Shown here: positions 48,201-61,000 of the stretch, piece by piece | Layout of the letters: every line of letters begins with the position of its first letter | Position numbering within the stretch: position 1 is the first letter of the stretch | Assembly (NCBI GenBank): GCA_013265495.1 | Contig: MU058345.1 | Coordinates: 124,001 to 188,000 of the forward strand | DNA: 64,000 bases | Source of the DNA: Vicugna vicugna | Taxonomy: Eukaryota | Direction: 5' to 3' | The notes under the pieces: model-generated | Databases searched by the model: none | What the model was told of the DNA's origin: nothing | What the model saw: the letters and a program-made list of their open reading frames with translations, nothing else | Made by a program: the position numbers and the translations under genes

Positions 48201-50320
48201 GAATGAATTTGCACCAGGAACCCCTTGTTCCCAAACAGCATCTAAAAGCACATCCTACACTTCAGTGAAATTGATGTGGCGTGACACTTTGGCCACTGTG
48301 CTGCTCCCCACGCTGCGTTCCGGCAGTGTCACAGAGGCGTGTCTGGCCAGGGCAGGACTTAGGGAGTCCCCTCCACTGTGCACCCAGGTTTCAGGCAACC
48401 TTCTCTGGGAAGAGGTGCATTCCCGTGGCCCAAGGACAGCCAGCCCCACTTACACGGAGCAAGGCGGAGCCTGCAGACTGAGGTGTCAAACCAGAGGGTG
48501 AGGCGTGAGTGCAGCTGACCCCTGTGTGCGGGAGCAGGTCAAAGGGCAGCTGCTAGAGCAAGAGGGGGTGCAGCAGTTTTTGACACAAGTTCTGGATCTT
48601 GAAGAGCTCCATGTGATCCTAGGTGACCCACAGTCTTCTTGTGGAGGGCCCAATCTACCTCCTAAATCCCAGATCCCCCCAAGTCTAGGTACAAAGTTTA
48701 CGTGAAAGAAAAAGAAAAACAGTAAGAAAGGAAAGCGCCCAGGGTGGGAGCAGGGCTGTGCACTCGCCAATGTCCCACCGGGATGAAAGAGGTTAGTTTG
48801 ATCCCCCCTGGTCCAGGCACTGTGCCCTCTCTTTGTCACAGCAGGTGCCACTTTTCTCATCATGTTGAGGGTGGCCTCTTCTGCCCTGGGGTCTGTTTTG
48901 CCCTCATGCCCTCATTAACTGAGCAGCACTCTATTAGGAGCCCCAAGACCTGGGCTCCTTCCAATGGAATCAGATGGTCACTCAGTGTACTTGAGCCATG
49001 TCCCTGGCAATGTTGGGCCACTCGGGTTTGGAGAAAACCCCGTTAAAACCAAGACCCCAGTTGGACTTAACTGGCTCAGTCTTGGCCTCCCTCTGCTGGG
49101 AAGGCGGTTCAGTGCCCACTGCTGCCCGCCCAAGGCAAGCCCGGCCTCGGGGACCCTGGCTTCTCTGCCGGTTTAGTGTGTGTCCTGAGCCAGGTCACCG
49201 CTCTGTGCCCCTGCAGGCCCTTCTGCATGTGGAGGGACTCACCTGAAAGGCATTAATGAAATTTCCGACCCTGGTGGGACCAGTGAGGAGGTGATACTAG
49301 AACACTGATGTGCACAGACCGAGGGATGTAATTGGAAAGGCATTTATTTTTGTGAAGAGGTGATCAACTTAACACGGAAATATCCCTTCTGCTTGCCTCC
49401 CCTTTACCCTCCCCCCACGGTCTGTCTCCTTTCCTGGAGGCCAGCCTCCTGAAAGGCGTTGGCCTCACTTTTCTCAGCTTGGTCCTGACATCACACCTCT
49501 GGGCTGGTGGAGGGGCTGGGAAGATGTGTGTGGCTCGGGGCAGGTCTCAGAATTTGGGAGATCGGGGACAGGGAGAGGGCAGAATCCCACTTTCCTGCAT
49601 CACTGTGAGGGAGCTCCAGGCCCTGTCCCTGGAGGCATCACTGCTGCGCCGAAGTCACAGGCCATACTGGGCGGTCCTGGTACAAGCCCGCCCTTAAAAA
49701 TAATAACAGTAATAATAATAGTAACTCCATTTGCATAGCGCTGTCACTCATTCCTACAACCTCCTGTCCCCCAGTCCCGGCTGTTTGCTGGCCCCACCAC
49801 TGGCCTTTGCAAGTGTTGGTGGGCCGTGGGTTCTTCCGTTCACTTGTGGGGGTCTGCAGGCGCTGCTCCCCTGACTCTGGGGAGACAGCGGTCAGGTTGC
49901 CAACACAGTCAAACTCGCGACACAATCTTGTCAGCAATAGTGACCCAGAGGTTGAGTGACCTCCAGTTACACCAGAAAGAGGCCCAGGGCCCTGTGGTCA
50001 TGTTTTCTACCCCAACTGTTCTTGGAATTACAGCCTCCACTTCTGACTCCAGTTGAATCTTCTCCACCCAAACCCCTATAACAAATGGATCCATGATGAT
50101 CATTCAGAGAAGAGGAAAAAAAAATATATTTTTTTTGTTAGGACAGACCATCGTAGGTTTTTAGCAATGTGTATCTGTGTGTCCCTCACACCTTTTCCTA
50201 TTCTGCCTTTTTTCATTTTCCTTTTTTTTAAATATTATGTACTATATTTTTAGTCTCAAACACACTATATATTATATATATTTAATTTTTTTATATATAT
50301 AAATATAAATGTTTTAAAAA
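45280..50320 (+). other. KIRREL1: Probable long 3' UTR of KIRREL1 (~5 kb)
   Basis: Largely free of recognisable interspersed repeats after the stop codon; ends in an extremely AT-rich block (50220-50320) followed by a GU-rich tract. The end is inferred, not observed. Confidence 0.6.
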
Positions 50321-50338
50321 GTACCGTGGTTTGTGTTT
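50298..50338 (+). terminator. Candidate polyadenylation signal (variant AATATA/TATAAA) with downstream GU-rich element
   Basis: TATAAA 50298-50303, AATATA 50302-50307, TATAAA 50304-50309; upstream TGTA at 50170 and 50238; GTGGTTTGTGTTT at 50326-50338. Confidence 0.55.
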
Positions 50339-51553
50339 AATGCCCAAGCAGTGCTCATCGCTCAGAAGCTTGCCAGATTTGGGGTGAAATGACCTAAATG
50401 GGAGGAAGAGGTGGATTTTTGGGTCAAGGCTGCAGAGGCTATGTTTTCATGTCACCTCCAGGCCACGGGGCAAATGCATTTCGTTCACCAGTTTGTGACG
50501 GTCGCAGAAGCCTGAGGCCAGGTACGCCAGTCCAGGGACAGACGGCTGGAAGCTCCATGTTTCTGAAACACAGCATCCAGACATTCTGTGCCGAATCTGA
50601 CTGTGGGGGTAAGAAAGGGGGAGACTGGACAGGGGATCCAAATCCCAAAGGATTTGGGAATGTGAGGGACCTGTTCGGACTGGCTTAGTTTATTTGAAAT
50701 GCAGTGGTTTGGGTAAAAAGCAAAGTTACCAGGTTGCCCACCTTTTGAACTTGGACTGAGACAGACTAAGACAGCAGATGGAGCAGCAGTACCCCCACAC
50801 AGAGGCCATCCTGGCAAGAAATTCTAAGTTCTCCGAGTTTAGTAGAATTTGCAAGGATTTTACTTCACTCTTTTCACAGGAGTGTCTGAGGGTCACTAAA
50901 AAAAAAAAACAAGTGTTTTCAGATAATGTTTTTGAAAGCTATAAATCACTAGAGAATACAAGGGTTTATCGTTTCCCTTGTCCAGTTAACAGCCAGGCAA
51001 ACTGAAGATGGGCCACACTAGCCTTTTCGTACACAAGGGACACAGGACGCAGTCAGAGATAGGGATGTAAAAGCTGAAAAAGTACTTTAGAGAAAATGCA
51101 ACCCATTTCCAAGAAGGTCGGAGGTCCCAGCCCAGAGCTACCATGGAGGGAGGGGCAGGACACCGTGGGGGCTGCAATCTGGGATGAGAGCCCGTAGGTA
51201 GCCCCGGGGGCATCCGACCTGGATGCGAATGAGAGGCCCCTGCATCTCGAGGCTACAGCCAGGTAAGTTGAACTGGCACAGGTAAAACGTGGCATGGTAG
51301 TTGGGATCCAGATGCAAACAGAAGAAAGTTTGAAAACAAAAAACAAAAAAAACAGAGAAGAATCAAGTTTATGCAAACATGGAGGCCCAGGTGAATTCTG
51401 TGAGGCCACGCAGTGTTCGGTGTGGTGCTGCCGGTGCTCTGTGTCCGCTGGGGCTGCATTTGATTCCTCTCTGCATCCCCAGAGCCCAGCGCAGGGGCAG
51501 TAGGCACTTCGGGACAAGCCAGTGAGCTGTCTAGAGCACGACACGATGCTGGC

Positions 51554-52290
51554 TGTCGAGCCCAAGTTCATGTGCTCGACACACAGTGAGGCCAAACAAA
51601 CCGAAATGTCGGAGTTTGGAGCAGAGGAAAGTTTATCGATCAAGAGGGCATGGGCTAAGAAGATGTGAGATGTAGGTTTGTCTCAGATCCATCTTACTGG
51701 CTGACCGAGTTATAAAAATTTTAAAGGCAGTATTTGGGATGAGGGATGCAGGGGGCATGACTTTCTCTTGATTGATTGGTGGCGAGGTAACAAGATGATG
51801 TTTCAGGAATCTTAATCATCAATCTTCTGGTTCCAACCAGTCTGGGGTCTACTTGCTTGTAATCAGCATGTAACCACCATCCTCCACCAGGGAGGGGGGT
51901 CTTAGTTTCTGCAGAACAACTCCAAGATACATGTCAGATTGTTAGATATATCCCTTGAGGGAACTAAGACTGTTTGTCTTTCCAACTTTTTTTTTTAATG
52001 GAGGTGCTGAGGGTTGAACCCAGGACATGGCGCATGCTAAGCACGCACTCTGCCATTGAACTATTACCCTCCCCCTCTAGGACTCTGTTTCATCACTGAC
52101 CTGTGGTTTCTTGATTGCTTTTCCTTTGCTTCTCTATTCCTTCACGTCCCTACTTAGTAACTGCTGAAGTCTGTTCTTTGGAACTCAGGGAAGGCCTAAG
52201 AGACTAAAGCCTTTTTCTACAAAAAAGAAATGAGGGACACAGAACATCTTTTGTACCTGGAAGGGCCCCATAGAGTCCTGCTCGGTTTCA
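51554..52290 (-). mobile_element. ERV1-type 3' LTR with adjacent polypurine tract and internal remnant to ~52420
   Basis: On the minus strand AAAAGAGGGGAT (PPT, 52291-52302) is followed directly by TGAAACCGAGC... and the element ends ...GCTCGACA; interrupted by a SINE. Left boundary approximate. Confidence 0.75.
51976..52076 (-). mobile_element. tRNA-Ala-derived SINE, camelid type, inserted in the LTR
   Basis: Poly-T then aatggaggtgctgagggttgaacccagg...catgctaagcacgcactctgccattgaactattaccctcccc; imperfect TSD ctaagac--tgttt / ctaggactctgttt. Confidence 0.88.
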
Positions 52291-53111
52291 ATCCCCTCTT
52301 TTCTTTGCTACTCCTCAATCCTAAGAGGAAGAGGGTGGGACAAGAAAGGGAGTAGAATTTTGGATGGAGAGATTTATCATAAATTTGGCAGGAAGACTCA
52401 GTTTTAGGGGGTACCCACTCCCTTCTGTAGGCACGAGACAGGACTCAGAATCCTGTCCCAGGTAATAGGTCTCCTGTGTTGGGGCCCAAGCCCCTCCCTT
52501 AAGTCTCCCCCAGCCAGACGACAGATAGGAATGACACCGACAGCCTCTTTATCACTCTTTGCAGAGTATGAAAATCTGCTCCCTCCTCGGGAAGTCTCCT
52601 TCCTCACAGTAAGAGCCTTGCCCTTGCAAATGTGCTCCTGTCTGCACCTTCACACCCAAGTGTGATGTTCAAAGGTTCAAAGTCCTCCAAGACCTACCCA
52701 AGATCACTTTCCCAGAGGATCGGATCATTCAGCCCTCCCTTTCACTCACCCAGTGTTTCAGCACAGTCCAGCGGAATCCGGCCTTGTCTGAAGCACACGC
52801 TTGCACTTTGCTGCCCCTGTGCTTTTGCCCAAGCTCTTTTCTCTGCCTGGAATGCCCATGACCCTTGACCTTTTTATTTCCAAATTTTATTTATCTTTAG
52901 GAATCAGCTCACGGGCCACCTCTTCCAGGAAGCCTTGCCTGAGTCTCATCATGGATTCACATTCTCTCCCTCCTGGGAAGTCTCAGGACAGGTGAGCTGC
53001 GCCTCACTCACCTCATTTACAACTGTCTGCTTTGATCACAGGGTTTTGTGTAGAAGACACTAGTACTTCCCTCTTAAAATAAGGGCCCTGGAAGGCAGTG
53101 ATCATGTATCA

Positions 53112-53330
53112 TTTTTTAAAACAATTTTTATTGAAGTGTAGTTGATTTACAATGTTAGTTTCAGTTGTACAGCGAAGTGATTCAGTTATACATATACATA
53201 CATATATATTTTTTCTTTTCAGATTCTTTTCCATTATATGTTATTATAAGAAATTGAATATAGTTCCCTGTGCTGTGCAGTAGGGCCTTGTTGCTTATCT
53301 GTTTTATATACGGTAATGCACGTCTGTTAA
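53112..53330 (-). mobile_element. 5'-truncated L1 3' end (cetartiodactyl type)
   Basis: tttttattgaagtgtagttgatttacaatgttagtttcag..gtacagc.aagtgattcagttatacat...ttgaatatagttccctgtgct. Confidence 0.85.
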
Positions 53331-53509
53331 TATAGAATTTATTTTAGTACCGTCATCGCCCAACAGAATCCCTGGCATGTACTTGCTCAGTATGTGCTGA
53401 AGGAATGCAGGGATGGTGGGTAGGGAACCAAACCCATAAACGTAATACATAAAGGGAATTTAACCTTGCAGAGTCCACCCTTGATGAAGTGGGAGAGTCA
53501 AGTCAGTCT

Positions 53510-53917
53510 GCCAAGCTGATGGGCATTATCAGTACTCACTAATATTGAGCTCTTTCTCTGAGTCCCCTGGCTATTGGTCAGGGCCAACCTGACTAGTTTT
53601 GGCCAGTGTTCTATAAACAGAAGTGACATGTCACTTCCAGACCAAAGTATTTAATTGCTAGTGAGACCCCCCCGCCTCCAGCTCTTTCTTTGCCTACCAT
53701 AGCGACAAGAGCTCATTTATTCCAGATGGTGCACCTTTGTAATAATGGAGTCCCTCTCCGCCTGGGTCCCTGAGCGACGATGTGAAAAAGAGTCCTTTTG
53801 CCAAGCCACGATGAACGTGTAGTTTGAGGGAGAAGTGAATCTTTGCTTTGTTAAGATATAGAAATGTTGGAGTTGTTTGTTACTGCAACACAGTGTATCC
53901 TATCCTGATTAATAACA
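53510..53917 (+). mobile_element. MaLR LTR (MLT1-like)
   Basis: agaagtgacatgtcacttcc...cctgggtccctgag...gttgtttgttactgcaacacag...ctatcctgattaataaca, typical MLT1 3' end; left boundary approximate. Confidence 0.7.
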
Positions 53918-53955
53918 CAGCTTCACCGTTTGCTCCTGCTTGATCTTGGAAATAA

Positions 53956-54486
53956 TGTGGGGAGGAAGAAATTTTCCTCTACCCTTCTAAGTTCCTCTGG
54001 TCGGTCTAAGAATTAAATTGACATGAGGCAGATTAACAGGAGAAAATCAAATAAAAATTTAGTAACAGGTACACAGAGAAGCGACCCAGGAAAACTGAGT
54101 AACTCACCAAAAAATGGCAAAAGCCCTGTCCTTACACACCATCCTCAGCTAAAGACAAAAGAGGCTGTTGAGGGTGGGTAGAGTCAGTTATGAGAGGTTA
54201 TAATCACCCAGCAAACTAAGGTGATTATGATAAAGATTTAAGTCATTGCCTCCCCATTGGTAAGAATTTCTAGAGGTTTGGTCATCCTCCTCTTCCAGGT
54301 ACAGAGAGAGAGAGACACCCTTAAAAATGGAGATTTCCCTTACGAATGTAAATATTTCTTACAAAAGGGTAACTCCTACTTGGTTTTCTGAGCCCTTTTC
54401 CAGTCTACCGTTCCACAGAAAATAACCAAATTAAAGCAATGTGCCAAGGAAACATATTTTAGGCTGGCCAATTCTGCTCCCCTACA
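53956..54486 (-). mobile_element. Solo LTR, ERV1 MER34/MER39-like
   Basis: TG...CA termini with short inverted ends (tgtggggagg / ctcccctaca); minus strand starts tgtaggggagcagaattggccagcctaaaatatg; 4-bp TSD ataa/gtaa. Confidence 0.8.
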
Positions 54487-57400
54487 GTAAGTTACTTGAC
54501 CTCTTTGCATTTCGCTTTCCTCTCTGTGAAATGGATCAATAGTGCGAATCCCATATAAAGTGCTCAGCAGCGTTCCTAGCACGCAGGTCTCAGCAAGCGT
54601 TAGCTTGCGTTACCCTGGAGAAAGGGGAGTACTGAGGACCTGCCCCTTCCCCTTTGCCCCTTTCCTTAGAGCCATCACAAAAGATGTCAACAATTGCCCA
54701 GGGGTTATGAAAAGAGCGTGGAATGTGGAATGAGACGATTTAGGTTAAAATCACAGCAGTGCCCTCTGGAACTCTGATTCAGGGCAGGTCAGCACACCTC
54801 TCTGAGCTGACTTTTCTTTATCTGTAAAATGTTGTGAACCCTCCATGAGATGAGATACACAAAAGCCCTTTGTAAATTGCCAAAAGCTATTCAAACATGA
54901 GTTGATTTCTTGGGTCTATGAATGCTCTGTAGCATCCGGCCCCCACCCCATCCCCATTCTCCGCAGCATCCCTCGCCGCACACCTCGCCCCTGCAAACAC
55001 ACTCCCCACCCCTGCACCTGCACAGGACGTACTGGCAGCTCCAACAGCGACCTGATATTGAGAGACTGTGCCCATCCAGCTGGGACGACAGAACCCATCT
55101 TCCTGGCCCCCAGGGTTCAAAAACCAAAAGACCAGCTCTTTGCAAAGCAGGAACCTGGGGGAGGAGAAAGATCACTTCATCGGTACTCACTTTCCCATTT
55201 CCTTTACTCATTGTAATTAGCTACACAGAGGCAACCTCCCGGGGAGAGCGGAGCCATCAGCTCCCGGAATTGTACTGGGGAGCTTTGTCTTTTTGTTCCT
55301 CTCCACATAATACTGCTCTCTTGGTGGTCGCTATGCAAACACATCCTGCATTCATTTGCAAACTGGGGAATGTTTCATATTTTGAAGCTCAGATTAATGG
55401 TCCACCTCCCTCAAAAAGATACTGGTTGGGACCTCTTTGCAAACAGTATCAGGTCAACACTCCTGGTCTGGTTCCTCAGAGGGACGACCAAAACCCTGCT
55501 CAGCTCAGGGTCCACATTAAAACAGACACTTACCTGTGGATATGAGAATCTCAAAATTTGAAGGCATCTCTGGGGCCACCTGGTCCAACTATAGACCCAA
55601 AGGAGGAGGCGCGATTTGGCCTCAGACACGAGTGGGCTCTGCATCAAGACCACGAGGGGACCGGAAAGCAGCGTGGCTTTTTATGGGATCTGGATTCTGG
55701 AATCCAAAAGCTTGGGCTTCCCTCTGGTTTTTCCAGGCACCCGCTCTGGGCCTTTGGGAAAATCATTTGACCTCTTCAAGCCTTGGTTTCCTCGTTGATA
55801 AAAATCGTTCCTTCATTCATGCAAAAAATATTTATTGAACATTCACCATGTATCTGGCACTATTCCAAACCCTGGGGACGCGGCAGGGAGCAACACAAGT
55901 CCCTGCTCTCATGGCACTTACATTATAACGGTGGGAGGTAGACCATAAACGACCGTCTGTCAGACTGTGGTAAGTGCTCTGAGGAGACACGGAGCAGGGC
56001 GGGCGGACAGTGAGGGAGCGTAGGAAGAGGAGGTGGACGACTTCGTGTTGGGTGGTCAGAGACAGCCTCTAAGATAAGAGGACAGGTGGACTTGGAAAAA
56101 GAATATTCTACGCATATGGAACAGCAACTGCAAAGGCCCCGAGGCAAGAAATGAGTTTGGGGTGGGGGGGTCAAGGCCCAGCGAGTCGTCTGTCCAGAGG
56201 GAGTAGAGACACCTGCTAGGAAGTCCTGTTAGAAAGAAAGGTGGGGTCGAACAGATTCCGTGAGGACTTGCAGGCCTTTAAACGACTTTGGAAATTATTC
56301 TGAGATGGGAAAACATAGCAAGTCAAGCCCTGTGAAACTGCTGTTTCTGTGGGTCAGGAATGGCTGAACATCCGCGGTTTTATGCGGTTCAGCCTAATAG
56401 ATGTAAACGTGCAGCACTGTTCATTTATTATTACCTCTTAAACAACTATAACAGGCTTTTCTATTCTTTGGCAGGATTAACTGGAAGCCGTCTCTTCCTT
56501 CTACTGAGCCTGAGTCTGCCTCCTTGTAAGCTTCTCCCACTGGCTGTAATTCTGCCCTCAGGGCAGTGCTGTCTGCAGTCGCCGCCCCCCAGCCCAAACG
56601 ACCCTTTTGAGATTGAAACATAGTTACCATGATGTCCTGTCTCTTCTGAGATGCCTCTTTTCAGAGTTTAATATTTCTGATTCTTCAAATCATTTCTCTT
56701 ATGATAAGGTTTCCCCACCGTGCCTCCTCTTGCCTTCTGAGTGAATTTGAACAATGGGTAGGAAGCCACCTTTCCCACTGCACCCTGCTAGTCGGAGGGA
56801 GAGCTCCCCACGTCCACCCGCTAAGGTTCTCTGGGTGGCTTCACTTCCTAACCTCCAGTAAGTATGGAAGCTGCCTTCCGGCTGCCCCCCACGAGGGAGT
56901 GGTGGCCCCTTCACCTTCCAGCGGCCCTGAGAACCAGTGTGCACTGCAGTGGGAGACGGTGCCAGATCCTCCGACGAAAACTCCCAGGAGATGGAATAAA
57001 AGGGGTTCTCAGGTCCAGCAGCTCGGCCAAAGCCATGCCTGGCATCACGACCTGTGTCCTTCCGGGTGTCCCAAGACCGGGAGTGCTCTGTGTGGTGCAC
57101 CTACTTGGAATTTTCTAAAAGCATGGCTCCTGGCATCCAGATCTGTTAACTCTCTGGTTTGAGAATCTGGAGATATGGGCTTTAGTCCAAGCTCCATTTA
57201 TTTACCATGTTACCTTAGACAAGTCACTGAAACTTTCTGAGCCTCAGTTTTCTTATCCATAAAATGGGGATAATGATGCTAGTCCCTTAGCCGAGGGAAG
57301 AGCTAGCACCATTGAGTACTACATGAGCATGCATCCCAAAAGCCACCACTCTGCATTGCCTCCAGCGCCATCCCCTGGCCCAGCGTCCTCCAGCACTGTC

Positions 57401-58969
57401 TACGTGGCTACGTGGTCTCCCTGCGTCCATTCTTTGTGTCCCTAAAGTCTGTTCTCCACAGCAGGGCATTAGTAGTGATTCCTTAAGGGATTGTTACCCT
57501 ACTTGGGAAAAAAAGAATCTGGTCTTGGTTTTACCATTCATACTAGAAAACTGTCTTTAACTAAAACAACACAACCTGAGTAATCCTTTGAAAATGTAAA
57601 TCACGTCACAGCACTCCTTTGCTCCAGGCCTTATGGCTTCCTAGTCCACTTAGAATAAAATCCACATTCTTTTCACTTCGGACAGACCCCACGTTAGCTG
57701 GCCCCTGCCCACCTTCTCTCCGCCCTCACTTTGTCACTTACCACTTTGGTTCCACTGACCTTGCCCTCTTGCTGCCTGGACCCCTTCCTTCAGGGGAACT
57801 ACTTGAAGTTTTAGGGATGCTCAGGATATAGGGAAGAAGCTAACATGCATTAAGTAAATGTGCCAGGCCCTTTCATAATTGTGATTACATGCAATGTTCA
57901 GAAGAATAGGCCTCTGAATCTAGACCTTGGAGGCAACTCCTCTGTCCTCCATCCCAGCACCCAGTGGGCCAGCTCAGCGAATAAACCCAAGAAGATTCCG
58001 GCCTCAGAGCCTCTAATAACTAAAGGGCTATTAACAGCCTCTTCACTTATTAAAACAATTTTTTTTTTTGGATGCCTGTCCCTCTGGTCCTGACTACATA
58101 CCATAGAAAGAAGCTGGAATCCCAGATCCCTCTTTGAAAGGGCAGCCTCTCACCAGGCTAGTAAAGAGAGACAGATCTCATTGTTCAAGAACGGCCCCTT
58201 TCTGATGGGGGGACACAGCCCCTCAGGGCTGGGCACGGGTTCCTCTTGGATTTAGAAATTCCATGGGGACAAAAGACCTTCAAGGTAAATGGAGAAGCAT
58301 TGGGATTCTGGTAGATTGAGGATGAAAAGCCTGATATTTGAGTTCAGGCCAGTGGGCCGGACGTGCAGGTCTGATTCACAGAGACGGGGTCTGCCAATAA
58401 TGAGAAACATCTTCACATTTCTATCTGTCAAAAAATCAAGGAATTTATGCAAATAGATTGCCATTTTTTTAAAGGCTGAAGAATTGGACCGCTGAGCTCT
58501 GAGCTTCCCTCTAGGCACTAACAAGTAACACTCCAGATTCTGACGTCTTTTCCGGTCCTCACACGGGCAGAAATGAAGCAACCTGGCTTTTCAGGACAGG
58601 GCACTTCCAAATACTCTGCACCTAGTTTCCATTCAGAACATGTGGCTTCAGTATAATGTGTACAGCAAACCAGTGGCAAGAGCCAGGATCTAGGATTTTT
58701 GATCCTAAAGCTTTCCCACCTCAGCTTGTTTCCTACATACTTGGCATGGACTCGCTGCAGCATCTCTGACTCCTTCTGGGCCTCCATAATCATAGCAAAG
58801 AAAAAGGAAAAAAAAAAAAAGGCTTAACTCACTCCTGTTATTTAAAAACTTAAACCAGGAGTTATCTCTTCAGGGAAGACCTCCATCTCCATGACAAAAA
58901 AAAAAAAGAGAGAAAAAAATACAAGTTTTTTATAGCCTCTGTTGGTGTGCATACAAAATTATCTAGTAA

Positions 58970-59188
58970 TTTTTTAAATTTTATTTTTATGCTTTTTTCT
59001 TTTTTTAATTGAAGTATAGTCAATTTACAATGTTGTGTTAATTTCTGGTGTTACAGTATAGTGATTTAGTTTTATATATATATATATATTCCTTTTCATA
59101 TTCTTCATTATAGGCTATTACATGGTATTGAATATAGTTCTTTGTGCTAACAGTAGGACGTTGCTGTTTATCTATTTTATATATAGTA
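58970..59188 (-). mobile_element. 5'-truncated L1 3' end (same family as 53112-53330)
   Basis: T-rich tail, ttgaagtatagtcaatttacaatgttgtgttaatttctgg...(TA)n...ttgaatatagttctttgtgct. Confidence 0.85.
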
Positions 59189-59939
59189 TCCAGGCCAGAT
59201 TAAGAGCCCCATATTTGTCATCTCATTGTGCCCCCTTCTGGTCCCCTTCCATTTGTGCCTCTGTCACTGTTTTTATACCCAACTCAGCTTATCAAGGCAT
59301 TGACATTTTAAAAAGGAATTATGATGCCAGTTGTAAAACAAATACTTCTTTCTTTCCACAGTACAGTGCCCTCCAGCTAACACTCAGTCTCTCTCCTTGC
59401 ATCGTTCCCAGCCAAGTTTCCGGAAATCCATTGTCCAATCTTCTGCACTTTTATCACTTCTCCACCCGAACACACTACTACTATCTTCTGATCCTTCCAA
59501 ACCTCCTAGACAGATCCTGCTGTAGTCATCAAACCCTGTGCTCACTTTTCAGTTATTTTCTTCTGATACAGGATCATTTTTTAAACCAAGATTAAATCAT
59601 GATTTTCGCATAAATATAAAATGAACATGTGTCAAAAACTGTATTTAATACATTAATTAATGAGAGATCCAGTAAGATATTTCAACTGGTTCAAAGGAAA
59701 ATTCAAAATACCACACTTATATAGGTCAGCCAGGGATTCTGAAATGAATTTACAAATAGATGTAAAACTACTTTGTCCACAAGGCACTAATCAATTGCAC
59801 TCTACCATACGCAACTGATTTGCATTTCTCTGGACAAGAATCATTTGCATTATCAGTTTTCTGCAATTTACAAGGTTGTAAAATTGCCAATAGACAATGA
59901 AAGGCAGAGATAACCTTGATGGGTAAGTTAGACAGGGCA

Positions 59940-61000
59940 TCCAATAACTCCTTTTGTCCTTTTTAAAATCCTTCCTGACACTTCTTTGACCTGTCTGCAG
60001 CATTGAACACTAATGACTGTTCCTAAAACTCTTCCTTTTGCTCCGTGGTGTCACCTCCAATTTTCCCCCATCTCTCTGACTACTCCTTCTCAGCAGAAGT
60101 GGGCTCCTCTTCCTCTGTTTGTTCCTTAAATGTAGGTCACCTCCAGTGTTTTGTCCTGGACCCCCTCCCCCTCCCACAGTTTTGAGAACAATCTCTCATC
60201 TATTCTTTTGTCTTTAAGCCGCAAAGGTTATGCTGATAAATCTCAAACCTCCATCTCCAGCTCAGCTTCCTTCTCAGTTGCAGACCTGCATTTAAAAAAA
60301 AAAAATGTCCTTCCAGCACCTCAAATACAACATGCCCTACCTACAAAACCCACCTTTTCTCCTTTGGTTGTTGTCACCTTTTATCCAGCTGCTTAATCTA
60401 AAAACCTTTGGGACTCAAGCTACTCTTTGCTCCCTTCCTTACATCCAGTCAGTCACCAAGACCTGCTGATCCTGCCTCCTTGCTCCTGCTCCAGCCTGTC
60501 CGCTCCTCCCCACTTCCATCACACTTGCCTTGGTTCAGGCTTTCTTCACTTCCTGTCTGGATTAGTACGAGAGCCTCCAGGTCCATCTTTCTGTCTCCAC
60601 CCTGACCCCATCTAACCCATACTTGACTCTGCTGCTGAAATAATGCTTCCAAAAACGCAAATCTGATGTGATACCTCAGCCTTGAAATCATCCCATGGCT
60701 CCCTGTCAAGGTCGGGACAAAATTAAGCCCATTAAAATTCAGTTGAGAGCTTCTGTGAACTGACCCCCTCTGCCCAGCCTCACCTCTTGCCGAGTCCCTT
60801 CCTGGGGTTTTAGGGTAATCCCCTGTGCCTCTACTCACAGCTCCCCATGATGGGGGCCACACCATTGCTTCCCTCCTTGGCATGGGCTGTTCTCTCCTTG
60901 AAATACTTGTCCCTTCCCTTTTTACCTTTTCCTAGAGAACTCCTAGTCACCCTACAAAACCTATATTGGGCTTTGCCTTCTACCTGGAGATTTCCTCACT
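59940..61000 (+). mobile_element. LINE-2 (L2) fragment
   Basis: ORF 60151-60396 contains YADKSQTSISS (L2 RT YADDSQIYISS), followed by typical pyrimidine-rich L2 3' sequence; boundaries approximate. Confidence 0.7.

Noticed and set aside
54887..55545. Overlapping ORFs including a Cys/Gly-rich peptide (CRCRGGECVCRGEVCGEGCCG) and a 207-aa plus-strand ORF
   Set aside because: They arise from a low-complexity C-rich tract; no recognisable family or supported exon structure. A tBLASTn or RNA-seq check would be needed to revive them.
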